The notes: generated by a model not told the origin, from the sequence alone. Positions 47,938 to 60,789 are shown, counted from the whole stretch's first letter. The stretch is 63,904 nucleotides of DNA, filler included, from Circinaria calcarea (GCA_051942165.1; 12 parts of 12 records of this genome joined end to end with filler, not necessarily neighbours in it), one strand, 5' to 3'. Program-made: numbers and translations.

Positions 47938-49229
47938 NNNNNNNNNNNNNNNNNNNNNNNNNNNNNNNNNNNNNNNNNNNNTTAATTAATTAANNNNNNN
48001 NNNNNNNNNNNNNNNNNNNNNNNNNNNNNNNNNNNNNCCCCTCCTCCCCCCCCCAAAACCCACAAACAGCAACAAAGAAGAACGTTCTGTTCTACCGGCA
48101 TGTCATTTCTTATATTTTGCCCTGGCCATTTTGAGCCCTCACCTCACTCAAATCGCCCGGTGATTGGGGCGTTGCCGGCCCATTGGGTATCTTAAAAACC
48201 GCGGAGGGGATAACCCGGCCCTTCCCCCCCCCCCCTCCTATTTTTTCCATTTCTCCCGATATAAAAAGCTAGGCCGAAGAAAAGGTGGTTGCTAAAGAAA
48301 AAGCAAAATTTCCAATAGCTCTTCCCAGCTCATCCGTCTCTGCGGATGACGTGCCGACCGACTCGCTCATCATCTCCCCCCTTCCCCACACTCGCCCGCG
48401 CTCTCCACCTGCGCGGATGGAAAAACGCAACGGATTCTTCACCTGCGCGGCAGTCGACTGGCCGAGGGTACTCGAACCACACGCGCTTCGTCCGGTCCAG
48501 CTGCGAGCGGGACCGCGGGTCGGAACCGTACATGGTCATCTGCTACGACCCAGATGCGTACCAGGAGCTCTTCGTTCGCGGAACCGGCGCGTGCAATTTC
48601 TAGGACACGGAGATCTGCGTGGATCGCAAGGTGAAGGGCCGGAGGTACGGGGGTGGCGTATTGTTATGGCTTGGCGAGTCATCCGGGAGGGTGAGGCAGG
48701 TTGGGTTTCTTCTGGTGTTCGGGGGGGGAGGCCCCGGGATGGCGATATAGGCGAGTTTGGATGCTCTTCCTGTAAAGTGGGAGACCTCTGAACTTGTCAT
48801 GTACAGTAGATTTTTGATCGATTGAAAGAGCTACCATCTCCCATCTGCTTGTCCTCGTTTCGGCGGCCAAGAACAGCACGAGAGTCATACGTCGTATGTA
48901 CTGCTTAATTCTTCGCTCGTGGCCCCTATTTTCCATTTCTGTACCTATTCATGCTATGCATATCCACTCCTATACTCGTATCCACATGATAGCCGTGGTG
49001 TATGCTCTTAAACTCATATTGCAACCGTGGGAGGCAGCTTATTACTATGATAGTTTTTGGTACAGCTCCGATGCCTTCACCGCCTCTAAAGCAAGCCAGT
49101 GACAAAACAGGCATAAACCGGGGAAAATGGGCGTCATATATGTTTAAATTACCGAGTAAACCCGCAGAACTACTTCCTAGCCCTGTCAAGTACCCCCATA
49201 ATCCGGGTTTTACGTACTCCCAACCTGGA

Positions 49230-49828
49230 TTACAGCATCATCTCATCCCTCCGACAGGCTCCCTCATGTAAAACGCGATGCGCCGGCACCTCCCCTCCCA
49301 GCGTCGGGATCTGCAACGCCACCGTTTCCCGATCGCTGGGATACTCGGTGATATGGCCGTCCTTGCTGACGGCAGCCGTATCCGCCGCGATGATCAGGCC
49401 GTTCTTGCCGCCGCGAACCCATGCCTCCTGAGCCGAATCCGGGAGTGAGATGTGCGCGAGGCCGGAGACAAAGGCCACGTATCTAACGAATTGGAGAAGT
49501 GGTCAGAACCGACTGGAGGGATCGGTTTGATGTCTGGGTGGGAGGGAGTCGCAAAGACTTACTGCACAGCGGGGGCGCGATGGGTACCGCCGTCAAACTT
49601 GGCAGGGAGGAGGGTGTAGCTGGCGTTGGAAGCATTGCCGAGTTGTTGGACGGCGGTGCCTATGGTGCCTGGAGTGCTGGAGACGGCGATTGGGGCCGAG
49701 AGCTGCCAGCATTCAAGCGTAGATTTACCATGCGCGGCGGAGATAGCTGTTAGATTGAGGTATGTAGGTGTTGCGAGAGTGCCGCTAAAAATCTGCACAA
49801 TCGAGAGGATAAAAACATATGGCAACAT
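49230..49828 (-). CDS. Small secreted protein with a cupin-like motif, 2 exons
   Basis: Signal peptide MLPYVFILSIVQIFSGTLA, then LNLTAISAAHGKSTLECWQL, GTHRAPAVQ-YVAFVSGLAHISLP and IIAADT....GHIT.YPS. Confidence 0.8.
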
Positions 49829-50011
49829 CTTCAACGCGGCCCAAAAATAATCGTGAGTGAAGTATTGGGGAAACTTGAAGAAAATTACTCGGCGATATTT
49901 GCTTATAATGTGATATATTAAATACGCTTAATAATCAATTCATTGCCATTTTGGTATACGCCTGGAGCTTTAGCTAGTTATTTTTCTAGGTAAATTAATT
50001 GCTAAATAATG

Positions 50012-51496
50012 CTATTCCCCCCCTTCTGTACGAGGATGAGATTCAACCTGGACCGACTTGGAGACAAGACAGTTCATTTTGGGGTCTTGGTTTAAACCAA
50101 TGGCCACTTCCTCCAACGTGGGCGGCTCGCCGCAACAGCCCTCAACCGTGGTAATTGTCCTCCTATCTCCAGCAATAGGCTTGCGTCCGTTTTCTAAATC
50201 GTCCAACTCTTTGTACTCCCCGTTCAACACGGGAGAAGTTTTGAGACTATCTCGTATTGGGTTTTTGTTCCCAAACACAAAGGTACTTCTCTCGAAATCT
50301 GTCGTCCGGGATTTGGATGATTGTGCTTTTAATTTTCGATCCGCGACGTGGCGAAAGAAAGCCGGGAAGACCGGCATACATCCGACTATGATCCCGGCAG
50401 CTTGTTCCGCAACGCTGCGAAAGCTGTTAGACTGACTTCAATATCAAGGTAGTTCCGTTTAGATAACACATACCTTAAGAGAGTTACTTTTGTCAATATC
50501 ATCGTTCGGTTTGGATCGTTGGCCCGTTGGATTTGCCAGCCAAGACGTACAAGACTTGCGGTTATGGCGCTGAATGATACTGACTTAGCTTTACATAGAT
50601 GCTCGGGTCCTCCGATGCTCACATTATTCCAATGGCAAATACTGCCAAAAGCCTAAGCTTCCGTTTTATAGGCATTTGTAGGTCCCACACCGCAATTAGC
50701 GGGAGTATGAGCATTACAATATCCGAGAGGACGTTGATAAGCGAAGCAGTGATAAGAACAAAATATTGTTTAATGCATTCAGACTCCCGTACTGTCCTTT
50801 TGCCGACACATTGAAGAAGCACAAGGAGAACTAATGCGACGCAGTAGAGTAGATTAAACCAGATAACAAACCAAATTGCATAGTAGTTCTTGGTCTTCTG
50901 GGTTTGGGATGGGTGGAAAATCCGGAGAAATAACAACAAAATCGAAAGCTTGGTGGAGAACATGGAGATCCTTGCGACAATCTCGATGTCTCTAAACAGC
51001 TGCGGTGTTCTTCAGTTCCCAATTCTATCCACGAAGTTGAAAGCCCAACCTGACTGAAATGAGAAGCATGAGCCACTGAGACATTCCATAGATCAACACC
51101 ACCTCCGTATTTAAGACATTCGAATATGATTGCAGCAAGCCCGAAAAGACCAATCTAAGATGACATCCGGATTTAGCTTATTCTAGCATCGGTAGTTGAT
51201 TTTGGTTATATACCAAACCAACGACACACGCGTCTATCGACTATCAGACAACCAAATTCTCAGGCTACTGATCTTATTAAGAACAAGAACTTACAGTCAT
51301 CCCACCATATACGCCTGTTGACGTAATATCTGGTGTACATTCGTATAAGAACAATAGGAATGGTGAGTGAAAGCAGAAGAACCATGATAATAATTGCTAA
51401 ATATCCTTGAGACGGCGGATTAATAAGGTTGCTGGTGAGACCTGAAGGTGGGGTCATTGCTGGCGTCGAATTAGGATCGATAGCTTTGGACGCCAT
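50012..51496 (-). CDS. PTH11-like (non-CFEM) fungal rhodopsin-domain integral membrane protein, ~6 exons
   Basis: PAMTPPSGLTSNLINPPS, RMYTR...WWDD, G.GVDLWNV, KLSILLLFLRIF, INVLSDIVMLILPL..VW.LQM..KRKL and E...GIIVGCMPVFP. Confidence 0.88.
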
Positions 51497-51862
51497 GGTG
51501 TAGGTTGCGGACAGAGCTTGTAGGAATGTAAATCAGGAGGCCAAGTGAAAACTGAGCTCTGATATGAACTGAGATGATGGGCAAATAGCCCGTCATATAA
51601 GATTATCATCGGGTATGGCACGAAATGGGCAAAGCAGAGCTTGAGAAAGTTTGTCAGAGCTGGAAGCAGAGTATCATGTAGGACTGTGGCACGGATACCT
51701 CTTCCACTTGAAAATGAACAAGGGCTTCCTAAGGGGAAACTGCAATATTGATCAGGCAGTTGACATGGTAAATGGTGGTGGGTGAGTTTCATCAGCTGCA
51801 GCCATCGGAAAACAAGTACCTTCTCTTCGGGGTGTGACGAGAACCCAATCAGATAATGGTAC

Positions 51863-51907
51863 GTGACTCCTGCAGCAGTGACTCCTACAGCATTGACTCC
51901 TACAGCA
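51863..51907 (+). repeat. 15-bp tandem repeat x3 (KTGACTCCTRCAGCA)
   Basis: gtgactcctgcagca gtgactcctacagca ttgactcctacagca, read directly. Confidence 0.9.
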
Positions 51908-52350
51908 GCTAGCTAAATAACACCCACACTAAGCGAGGCGTACAAAGGAGAAAGAGAGACCTTATGCACCAAGTACCTTATTCACCTACCTATTATTCTG
52001 GATTGCATGAGAGAGCTGAGATACCGCCAGGTAAACCACTCCACTCGATGAAGCTAAAAGCGTGCATTGCATTTATTGCCGCTGATTTGAAGACCATGAG
52101 ACGTTTCCTAGTATGGCGTTGGCCTTACAACTACATCAGATAGGATCATAAGTATCGGAGAACGGTCACGGGCCGACCCAGAAACGTAAAGCCGAGGTAA
52201 TTCGAGACGGAACATCTGAGGAATCATTACCCCCTTTCCCCCACCATCCACATATCCACTACATACATAAGAGTCCTTTAAAATCTAGATCTCTTCTCAA
52301 ACCTGGGCTTTCCGACTTCTTTCGGTTGTGCTTGCTGGCGTCTTTATGAA

Positions 52351-52476
52351 TTTTCGAACTAGTCCTTTCAAATTAGGACTTTCAAATTAGGACTTTCAAG
52401 CTAGGACTTTCAAACCAGGACTTTCAAACCAGGACTTTCAAACTAGGACTTTCAAACCAGGACGTTCAAACCAGGG
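52351..52476 (+). repeat. 14-bp minisatellite, 8 copies plus 1 degenerate (CTTTCAAAYYAGGA)
   Basis: Units start at 52365, 52379, 52393, 52407, 52421, 52435, 52449 and 52463, with a degenerate unit at 52351. Confidence 0.95.
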
Positions 52477-53362
52477 ATGATGAAGTCTGCGGCACCTAGC
52501 TAGGTATTCTGGAGAAGGGGGTGTGAAGGAAATGGGGTGCTCCGCTATGCTCCTAAGGTATAGATAGGCAAAAGACGCTGTCGAGAATGGGTCGCAAGGG
52601 CCTGAATAGTGAAGAATTAAAGGGTATATGGCATCAACTGACTGCTACAGTGTAATGCACATATAGAGGGAATATCAGGACGGGTTTCAGTATCGTATTC
52701 CTGACTGCTATGCTGCTCTGCTGTGTATGCGTGTGTGTGTGTAGGAGTCCTCCATGCCTGCCCATTCCATATACGCGCCCGGTCACTAGTCGCCTTGGCT
52801 CCACCACAGGAGTACGGGGGAAATGGTAAGGGTTGGTTTGAACTGAGGTAGGTGGCACAGGACTGACTCAAAGAAATAAACTTAGGCGCTTTGTTTTTGT
52901 TTTTTTGGTACGTGGGAGTTGGGAGTCGGAAATCATGGTAGTAGTACCTGGATAATTTAGGTATCTGAATTTGATTGTCCGAATTATCATCCACTGCACA
53001 TTGCCTTCTCTGTCTCCTTTTTTCTCAGTATGGTCAATTGAATGCAAAGTCCATTTTTCCTTTACACCTCTCCATTATCCTGTCGATTCTTCTTGGGAAA
53101 AACCCCGGGGAACTAAAAACAAAACGCGAACAGCCAACGTAAGCTTTATCCCTTGTTGTCCGCTCCCTCGTCATACATCTCTCACTACTCCCTCGCTCAA
53201 ACCTCCTCCCCATACTCCGGCAACGTATGCCACCTCCCCACATTGCCGTCCCCCTCATGCACNNNNNNNNNNNNNNNNNNNNNNNNNNNNNNNNNNNNNN
53301 NNNNNNTTAATTAATTAANNNNNNNNNNNNNNNNNNNNNNNNNNNNNNNNNNNNNNNNNNNN

Positions 53363-54607
53363 GGAAGCACAAGAATAATCCACATAATAGATAATGCCGA
53401 CGGTAACTCCTTCAGACCCACAACCTCAGCAGCAACAGGAGCGACTGTCGTCCAAAAAGTACCGGCTACAGTTCCAACCAACAGAGAAAAGAAGATAAGA
53501 ACACCATAAGTTTTGGCGAAGATCCAGACAACCAAGCAGAGGAATCCGCAAAAAAAAGTAAGGAAGCCCGCTATATTGATACGTCCAGCAGAGTCACTGA
53601 AGATTCCCACAACAGGGCGACCAAGACCTTGCCCGAGGTTGAGGAGGGCGCCTATGATCGATCCTTGCTTGGCGGTGAGACCCACGCTCAGAGCGTAATT
53701 GGGAAGGCTGAATAACAAGACGATATACCCTAACATGGAGAAGAAGCCCCATCCCAATACCATAAGGAATTCCGCTCTCTTGAATAGTCCAACGTCGAAT
53801 GCGAGTTGTTTGGCACCAATCAACTTGTTCCTATCCTTGATTAGGATAGCGCAAATGAAATTCACCACGAACGCGACAATGGCGAGAATCCTGAAAGCCC
53901 AACTCAATCCGATCGATTGGATCATAGCATTGGTGGCGAGACTATATACCATTCCCCCTATCCCACTACCTGCAGTACCAATCCCATTAGCAAGGCTCCT
54001 TCTCTTACTGAACCACTGTGGAACGACCCCAACAGAGGCAACAAACAAGAAGCCCATGCCCCAGCCGAAACAGATCCCTTGACTCAGGAACAGTTGCCAA
54101 ATAGCGGTGGTAAATGACGCTCCAACCAGGGAAATGGTTTCGAAAAAGACGCCGATGAGAAGAGTGGTCCTTGTGCCATACTCTCGGGTCAAGTAGGTGG
54201 CAAGAGGGGAGACAAGTAGCGCTTGAGAAATGGAGAGACCGCCGATGAAAGCATAGTCAAGGTACGAAGCACCTGGATACATGTTGTTCGCCAGGTAATG
54301 GGCAAGGAAAACCCCATAAGACTGGCGTAAATAAGTAAAGGGTTCGGAAGGGCTAGAAACCAAGGAATCATACGCTATTGAGCCCCCAGGTATGAGCGTT
54401 CACCATGAAAACACAAGCAACACAGACCCAGCCGTAACCTCCATCCGGAGGCACATCTTGCACGTCCTTCTCCAAGTTTGCGACATCTGCCAAATTCTTT
54501 GTGAGTATACTCTCTCCAGTGTCCCCATTCAAACCAGGATCCACCAGCAGATTGGGCTCCAGTTGGGTGACTGGATGCTGCATCGGTTTCTTGTATGTCT
54601 TGATCAT
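53363..54607 (-). CDS. MFS transporter, monocarboxylate porter (MCH-like) family, 3'-truncated
   Basis: DVPPDGGYGWVCV...NAHTWGLNS-SYGVFL, QWFSKRRSLANGIGTAGSGIGG and multiple TM helices. Confidence 0.92.
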
Positions 54608-55322
54608 ATTTGCACAGACACCTGATGATATAGATTATATCCTTATGGCAAATGCGAAACACGATGAACGGTCGTAGTGCTTGCAATCAATAACAAGAGG
54701 TAGTACGTAATCAAGGCATAAATCGTTCTTCTCTGCTGCCATCTCTCTAGGTTCGCAGCTTTCAATGCGAATAGGCGGTGGAGGGAATAAGGATAATAAA
54801 TAGTCTACGAACAAAGCGGTGATCGTGGGGGCATTCCCGTACTGCGGAAACGAGCTGGGGGGTGCCGTATTACCGGATTGATGACGACGAATCCCCTCTG
54901 ATCGCCTCGGGTGGCCCTTAGGACTTCACGGGTCATGATCATCCCATTGCTGCGAGTACTGAAGGACCGGAAAGCCAGAAGAAGAACAGGTATCTCTAAG
55001 AAGTACTCCGTACAAATAGACTCTCCATAGAAATTACGGTAAGTGTTGATGGAAGGTGACAAACGTAGTGTGTCGGAATATACGTGTCGGCCTAAATTCC
55101 CAAACTTTGGTTGGCTGGCCACCCACGTAAACAAAGAGTTCAGCGTCCCGGACGTGAAACCTCAACTATTCTCTGACCTAACACACAAAACAGTGTCCTC
55201 TACTTCAAAAAATCCCTATCTACTGCTTGCATTGCTAAACCTACCAATTACCAAGAATTCGTTCATTGCACCATCGTCACTCGAGAGTCTGCTAATTAGT
55301 TTACAGCAAGGGATCACCTTTA

Positions 55323-58026
55323 ATGCTCCTCCATCGAGGTAGAAACAAGGATGGTAACCATGAGACAGGGCTTCCTGCTCCATCCTCCACAGTCTCGAAT
55401 CAAGCGGTGCAACAAGCTTCTGCTACAAAAACTCCCTTTCACTCTGCTCCCTCAAAGTTCTTCTCGTCCTCCTCCGTACCAACCTTAGAGACACAACAAG
55501 ACTCGCAAAAAGCATGGACGGCCCAATACCTTAGTGAGCTTCGATCAAACCGTCCTGCTCGGCCCAGTGGTTCTAGACCGTTGCCAAACCGCCATGCTAC
55601 GACAACTCCTACCACTAATCTTGAGTCCTTCGCACGAACCCCATCCGCTCTGTCTAGGCCGGTCAATGCTGTTCAGCAATCCAGCACGCTTTCGCCTTCT
55701 GGGCCCGAGCGATCTGTCAGTGAGATGTCTCATCAACGAGCCTGCTCTCTGTTGTCACCACATATAACACCTGGCGGTAGGCCACTGGCTAACCTGCCAC
55801 TGGCAAACAGTACCACCGGTGCCCCTACAGCATCTAAGGCTGGTTCCAAGGCTCCTCCGAGTGCTACATACGTGGAGCGAGAAGATCGTTGGATGGAAAA
55901 GCAGGAAGCGCGGTCGTTGAGAATGGCGCTCGAGGACATGGAGTTACTAGAGGAGCAGCGGCTACACGCAGCGGCACAGGACGAAGCATCTGATCTTGTT
56001 TGGAAACACCAAAATCCAGGTGTTCCATTCAAGAACCCGGATGCCCCATATGAATACAATTCTCGTCTGCGGAAAAGTACCCATGCTCGGAGTCAAGGTA
56101 GTGGACGTTACGCTGGTCTTGGGACGGCGGTTCAAGTTCAAGAAAAAACACAACGCTCTGCTTCAGACGGCTCGAAATCAAGTAACAGTGACAGTGACAG
56201 GTCCAAAGGCAGTCGGGTTTCAAGCGACTCGTCCAACAGCGGCAAAGCAAACAATGGCAAGAGCCAAGTTCGCAATGCAAAGGGCGACGAAGATAAAATA
56301 CAGTCGGAAGCAAATACCTACAAGAACCTCAATTTTCCTGTACCTCCTACGAAGCTGTTGGGTAGTCAACGGAGCAGTGGACCAAGGTCCATGGACGTTA
56401 GTGGCGAAGTAAGCAAAGGTCTCTTCAATAATCCGGAAGATCATATCTACGAGGAGCCTGAAGAAATGGTGAAGCTCGAACTCAAAGTTCAAGATGATAG
56501 GAAGCCTTGGCCTCTGAAGCTAAAGGACCGAAACCAAAGTTCCAAGGTGCAGGGTGCCAGGGAAATGTTAAGCCGCGCAAGCACTGCACCAATGGAAGCT
56601 ATAAAAAAGTTTTCTAGGTCCGAGATTCATAACAACCCACCGTCTCAATCGCGGAACCCATCCTACTTACGAAACGCCCTGCCTCCAACCCCCCCTGATT
56701 CTGCTAGCGCCAGTGAAGGTGATGCTCAGGTGGATAGTGCATTCTCGAGGAAGGGTGTCGAGGTTCGTAGCGATGAAATTCGAGCGGCGACGAGTATGCG
56801 CCTGAAAGATCGCAGCCCTAAATTACCAACGCCTACAGTGGTTAGTGATCGGCCAGGGAGACCGATTGTGAGCTTTGATCACGACTACAAAGCAAGGGAA
56901 ACGATGCTCAAGCATGAACAATCACCCTGCAGTCGTCCTTCCAGCCCTGGTGGAACCGAAAAGGGGCTTCGGTTGCCATCGACTAAACCTTCTATGCCGC
57001 CTTCTACAGCATCCGCTCCCTCCATACCCACTATCAACGTACTTGAATCACCGACTATACAAATCAACCATAACTCACCGATTCCAAGTATCAATGTTCC
57101 AGACGTACCTACCATATCAATCTCTACCTCTGAGATCCCTACAATCTCTGATTCCGATTCAAATATAAAATTCCGCTCTCTACCAAGTCCAGCAACTAAG
57201 CCTCGAGCATCGAACGGTCAACGCCCTCTTCCACACCACTCTTCCACTGCACCTATTACAGCGGCAATATCACACTGGTCTCCAGCCTCCTACCGTGCTA
57301 CAGCCCAGTGTGCGGCCTGCGCACTCCCTATCGCTGGTCGTATCGTCAGTGCTGCTTCTCAACGTTTCCACCCAGCTTGCTTCAGCTGTTTTCAATGCGG
57401 AGAGCTACTGGAATGCGTGGCCTTCTATCCGGAACCTGATACCTTTCGATCTGCTCGCCTGGGGAGAATCAACGCTCGGATAAACGGCGACTTCATCCCG
57501 GAAGATGAAGCAAAGCAACACACCGAAGTAGATGACGGTGACGACGGCCTCCGCTTTTTCTGCCACCTAGACTTCCACGAAAAGTTCAGCCCCAGGTGCA
57601 GGTCGTGCAAGACACCCATTGAAGGCGAGGTCGTGGTTGCCTGTGGCGGGGAGTGGCATGTCGGACATTTTTTCTGCGCCGAGTGCGGCGATCCGTTTGA
57701 TGCGAATACACCCTTTGTGGAAAAGGATGGGTATGCATGGTGTGTGAACTGTCATTGCAAGCGGTTCAGTGGCAAGTGTGCCGGGTGTAAGAGGCCGATT
57801 GTGGATATGGTTGTGAAGGCTCTGGAAAGGGAGTGGCATGAGGGATGCTTTTGCTGTAAGGTATGTACATGTCTTTCTAGGATTTTTTTTGGAGGGATGA
57901 AGAAGAGGATTACTAACGTGGAAATAGGAATGTGGAGGGAAGTTCGAGGACGGGAGGTTTTTTACTCGAGGCGAGAGTGATGCTCCTGTTTGTGTCCGAT
58001 GTGAGGAGAGGAGGTTGAAGGCGTGA
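55323..58026 (+). CDS. LIM-domain protein (paxillin-like, three C-terminal LIM domains), 2 exons
   Basis: CAAC..FHPACFSCFQC..CHLD; CRSC..WHVGHFFCAEC..CVNC; CAGC..WHEGCFCCK-EC..CVRC, completed by a last exon ending RRLKA*. Confidence 0.9.
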
Positions 58027-59022
58027 ATAATGTGACGAGTGGACGGACGATACGAATATGTATCCTGCATGAACATTCATAGCCTTGGCGCCTTATTTGG
58101 GAGTCAGTTTCTTCCTTGGCCACTACGAGACCGGTTGGTCCCTTGAGACTGACTTTAACTTGTACGTTTCTGTCATTCGTTTCGCGATGATTGCTCAAAC
58201 TTCTCTCGCTTCATTACCGTAACAATGAATCCGGTCGGTCGTACAGCAGAGCAGCAATAGCGAAAGTTCTCCCTAGCCAGCAGCTCCCATTTGCAGAAAA
58301 AAACCTTCGGGCTAGCTTTCCTTTTCTTCCCGGTTCCATACGGAGTAAGTAGAGGCTTGATTGATAATCTGTCAGCATATGGGGGTTCGAAATCTAGACG
58401 CGTACGTAGAATGAGGGCGCTCCCTGGTTGCGTTGGGTGGGAGTGAGGGTTCGTTCGTTTCATGCATGACTATGATTATGACTCGTACATAGATGGGGAG
58501 GGGTGTAAAGGAGAGTGGTTTCCAATGGCCGGCCGTGTCGAGGCTTTCGGGAGAAGGAGAGAGGAAGGGAGGGAGGGGGGAGAGAGNNNNNNNNNNNNNN
58601 NNNNNNNNNNNNNNNNNNNNNNNNNNNNNNTTAATTAATTAANNNNNNNNNNNNNNNNNNNNNNNNNNNNNNNNNNNNNNNNNNNNCCCCACTTCGCTTG
58701 GTACATAGATACTTGTGGTATTTCTCCTCGGGTCTACTTTGTAATTATCTAATCCTTGCTTGCTTTTTTTTTTTTGCTCTTTCTTGTCCTGTACCTAGAC
58801 CCAGACCCAGACTCAAACCCTTCATTCGATATCACTAAACTTCCCTCTTCCCCTTTCCCATCTCCTTTCCTTTCCCTTTCTTTTTTGATAAAAAAAAGGG
58901 ACGGCTTGGAGTGCCTCCCCACCCCAGTCCTAAGTCTCAATCCTAAGTCTGTTCTTTCGGTGTTTTCTTCGGATTTTTGTTGAGGCAGATGTGAGGGGGA
59001 CCAGGGAACGGGGATAGCAGAT

Positions 59023-59088
59023 AGAGAGAGAGAGAGAAGAGAGAGGAGAGAGGAGAGAGGAGAGAGGAGAGAGGAGAGAGGAGAGGAA
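59023..59088 (+). repeat. Purine-rich simple repeat (AG)n/(GGAGAGA)n
   Basis: Read directly. A similar (AGAGG)n tract lies at ~63092-63117. Confidence 0.85.
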
Positions 59089-59448
59089 GACTTGTTAATC
59101 CATGGACGCCGGGGAGTTTAATGTAAATATGCCACACACTGGTAAAAAAGCCACTGAACCTTCTTTGGGCAGAAAACAAGAAACAGGAATTAAAAGTACA
59201 GAGGAGAAAACATGTCATAGATATTTCTGATTGGCTTGTTGATTCTGTGTTTCTCCTAGCATCGGGAAGATGGTAAGGAGGCATGGGTTCTGTATTCATA
59301 TGTTTATGTTCTATGGAAACTACTCGCATCTTTTTACCGAGTGTGAGCATAAAACGTTCTTAGGATGGTATCCTAGACCCTGTCGGATAGGAAATCAGGA
59401 AATAGGGAAAAAAGGAGAGGGGTATCATATCATAATTCACTTTCTCCG

Positions 59449-60789
59449 CTAATCCGCCGATTCGTAGCCTTCTGTATCTTCACCCCGTGAAGTTTCCGAG
59501 TCTGTTTCTACCTTCTGTGATTTTATAGTTCCCTCCGTCGCTCCCTCCGTCGCCTGAACTTGGATCCCGCCTGCCGAGCCAAAGAAATCGGCTGTCCTCA
59601 AGCCCCTGACATCGTTGGGATTAACCGCGTCCATCCGTGCTCCGGATGCCTTCTTCTGGCGGATGAACTCCCGTACAGGGACCATTGCCGCATCCCGGCA
59701 CGCTTCTTTGATATCACTACCCGACATACCCGCCATCACACGAACGAGGTATTCAAGATCAAAGTGGTCCTTGTCGATTTTGGTGTCTTTCAGGATGAGG
59801 CCAAGGATGCGGAGGCGCTGGGAAGCGGCAGGCAAGGAAACGGGGAATTTTTTGGGCATGCGTCGGAGGATGGCTTCGTCAATGTCTTGAATTCGGTTGG
59901 TAGCGCCGAGGATGAGGATTCTTTGGGCTTCACCCGAGGTGTTGGAGGAAGTGAGGCCGTCCCAGTGGGTCATGAATTCAGCCTTGACCATTCCGCTGGC
60001 TTCGTGCTCGCCGCTCCTTCGCGTCCCCAGGACGGCGTCGATTTCGTCGATGAAAACAATTGTGGGTTGGAGTTTTCGAGCGAGGGAAAAGACGGCGTTG
60101 ACGAGTTTGTTGGAATCGCCGTACCATTTTTCTGTCAGGGTGGAGATGTGGAGGTTTATGAACGTGGCGCCGCTTTCGTGAGCGAGAGCTTTTGCGAGCA
60201 TGGTCTTTCCGCAACCTGGTGGACCGTATAGGAGAACGCCTGAGGGTGCTGATAATAAAGGGGATGAATGCGAGTATAGGTGGGGCATCGTCAGGGGATA
60301 TATTACAGATTCCTTCAACTCTTCTATAATTTTATTCAAACCACCGATATCTGCCAGTAACATCAGCTCGATTCACCGACCTCCTCGCTACCATAGAACT
60401 ACTGACCGTTAAACGTTATAGGGATGTCTTCTGGCGCAACGACTTCCATTGCAATCATTTGCTCATACTGATTGAGATCGATATCCTCTTTCCGAGGACG
60501 TCGAGTTCTCCCATCTTCTGCTTTTGCATCTTGCTCGTCATCGGGTCCGTCCAAACGACGGAGTACAGCTGCAGCTGCGGATTTGCGATGCGCTGACTCC
60601 TTGTCTTCTATGGGCTCCAGCCTTGAAGCCAAGCTATTGACAATGTACCAGACTGAAAAGGACTGTACCGGTTGCAGCAATTAGTATCGATGCGCCGATG
60701 GTAGATCTGACATGCAGCGCACTTACGGCAGCTCCTACAAGTATCAAACTCTGCAGAAACTCATATTTCCTGCTTCCCGAAGATGCCAT
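59449..60789 (-). CDS. MSP1: Mitochondrial/peroxisomal AAA ATPase Msp1, 3 exons
   Basis: N-terminal [29 protein letters not shown], Walker A GPPGCGKT, Walker [28 protein letters not shown] and [20 protein letters not shown]. Confidence 0.95.

Noticed and set aside
48285..48936. GC-rich overlapping ORFs at the start of contig 10
   Set aside because: It looks coding-like and may be a gene relic, but I recognise no motif or consistent splice model. BLASTX is needed.
42711..54607. Apparent biosynthetic cluster: HR-PKS + cupin-like protein + membrane protein + MFS transporter
   Set aside because: The genes lie on three different contigs that are adjacent only because of size sorting.
5249..58686. 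Regularly spaced TTAATTAATTAA repeats, and ORFs ending in X...LIN
   Set aside because: This is a synthetic stop linker inside N-padding, not a CRISPR array or biological repeat.
59560..60231. 223-aa plus-strand ORF, and similar antisense ORFs such as 61376-61945 and 57567-58076
   Set aside because: These are shadow frames opposite well-supported genes (MSP1, CSM1, LIM) and have no recognisable motifs.
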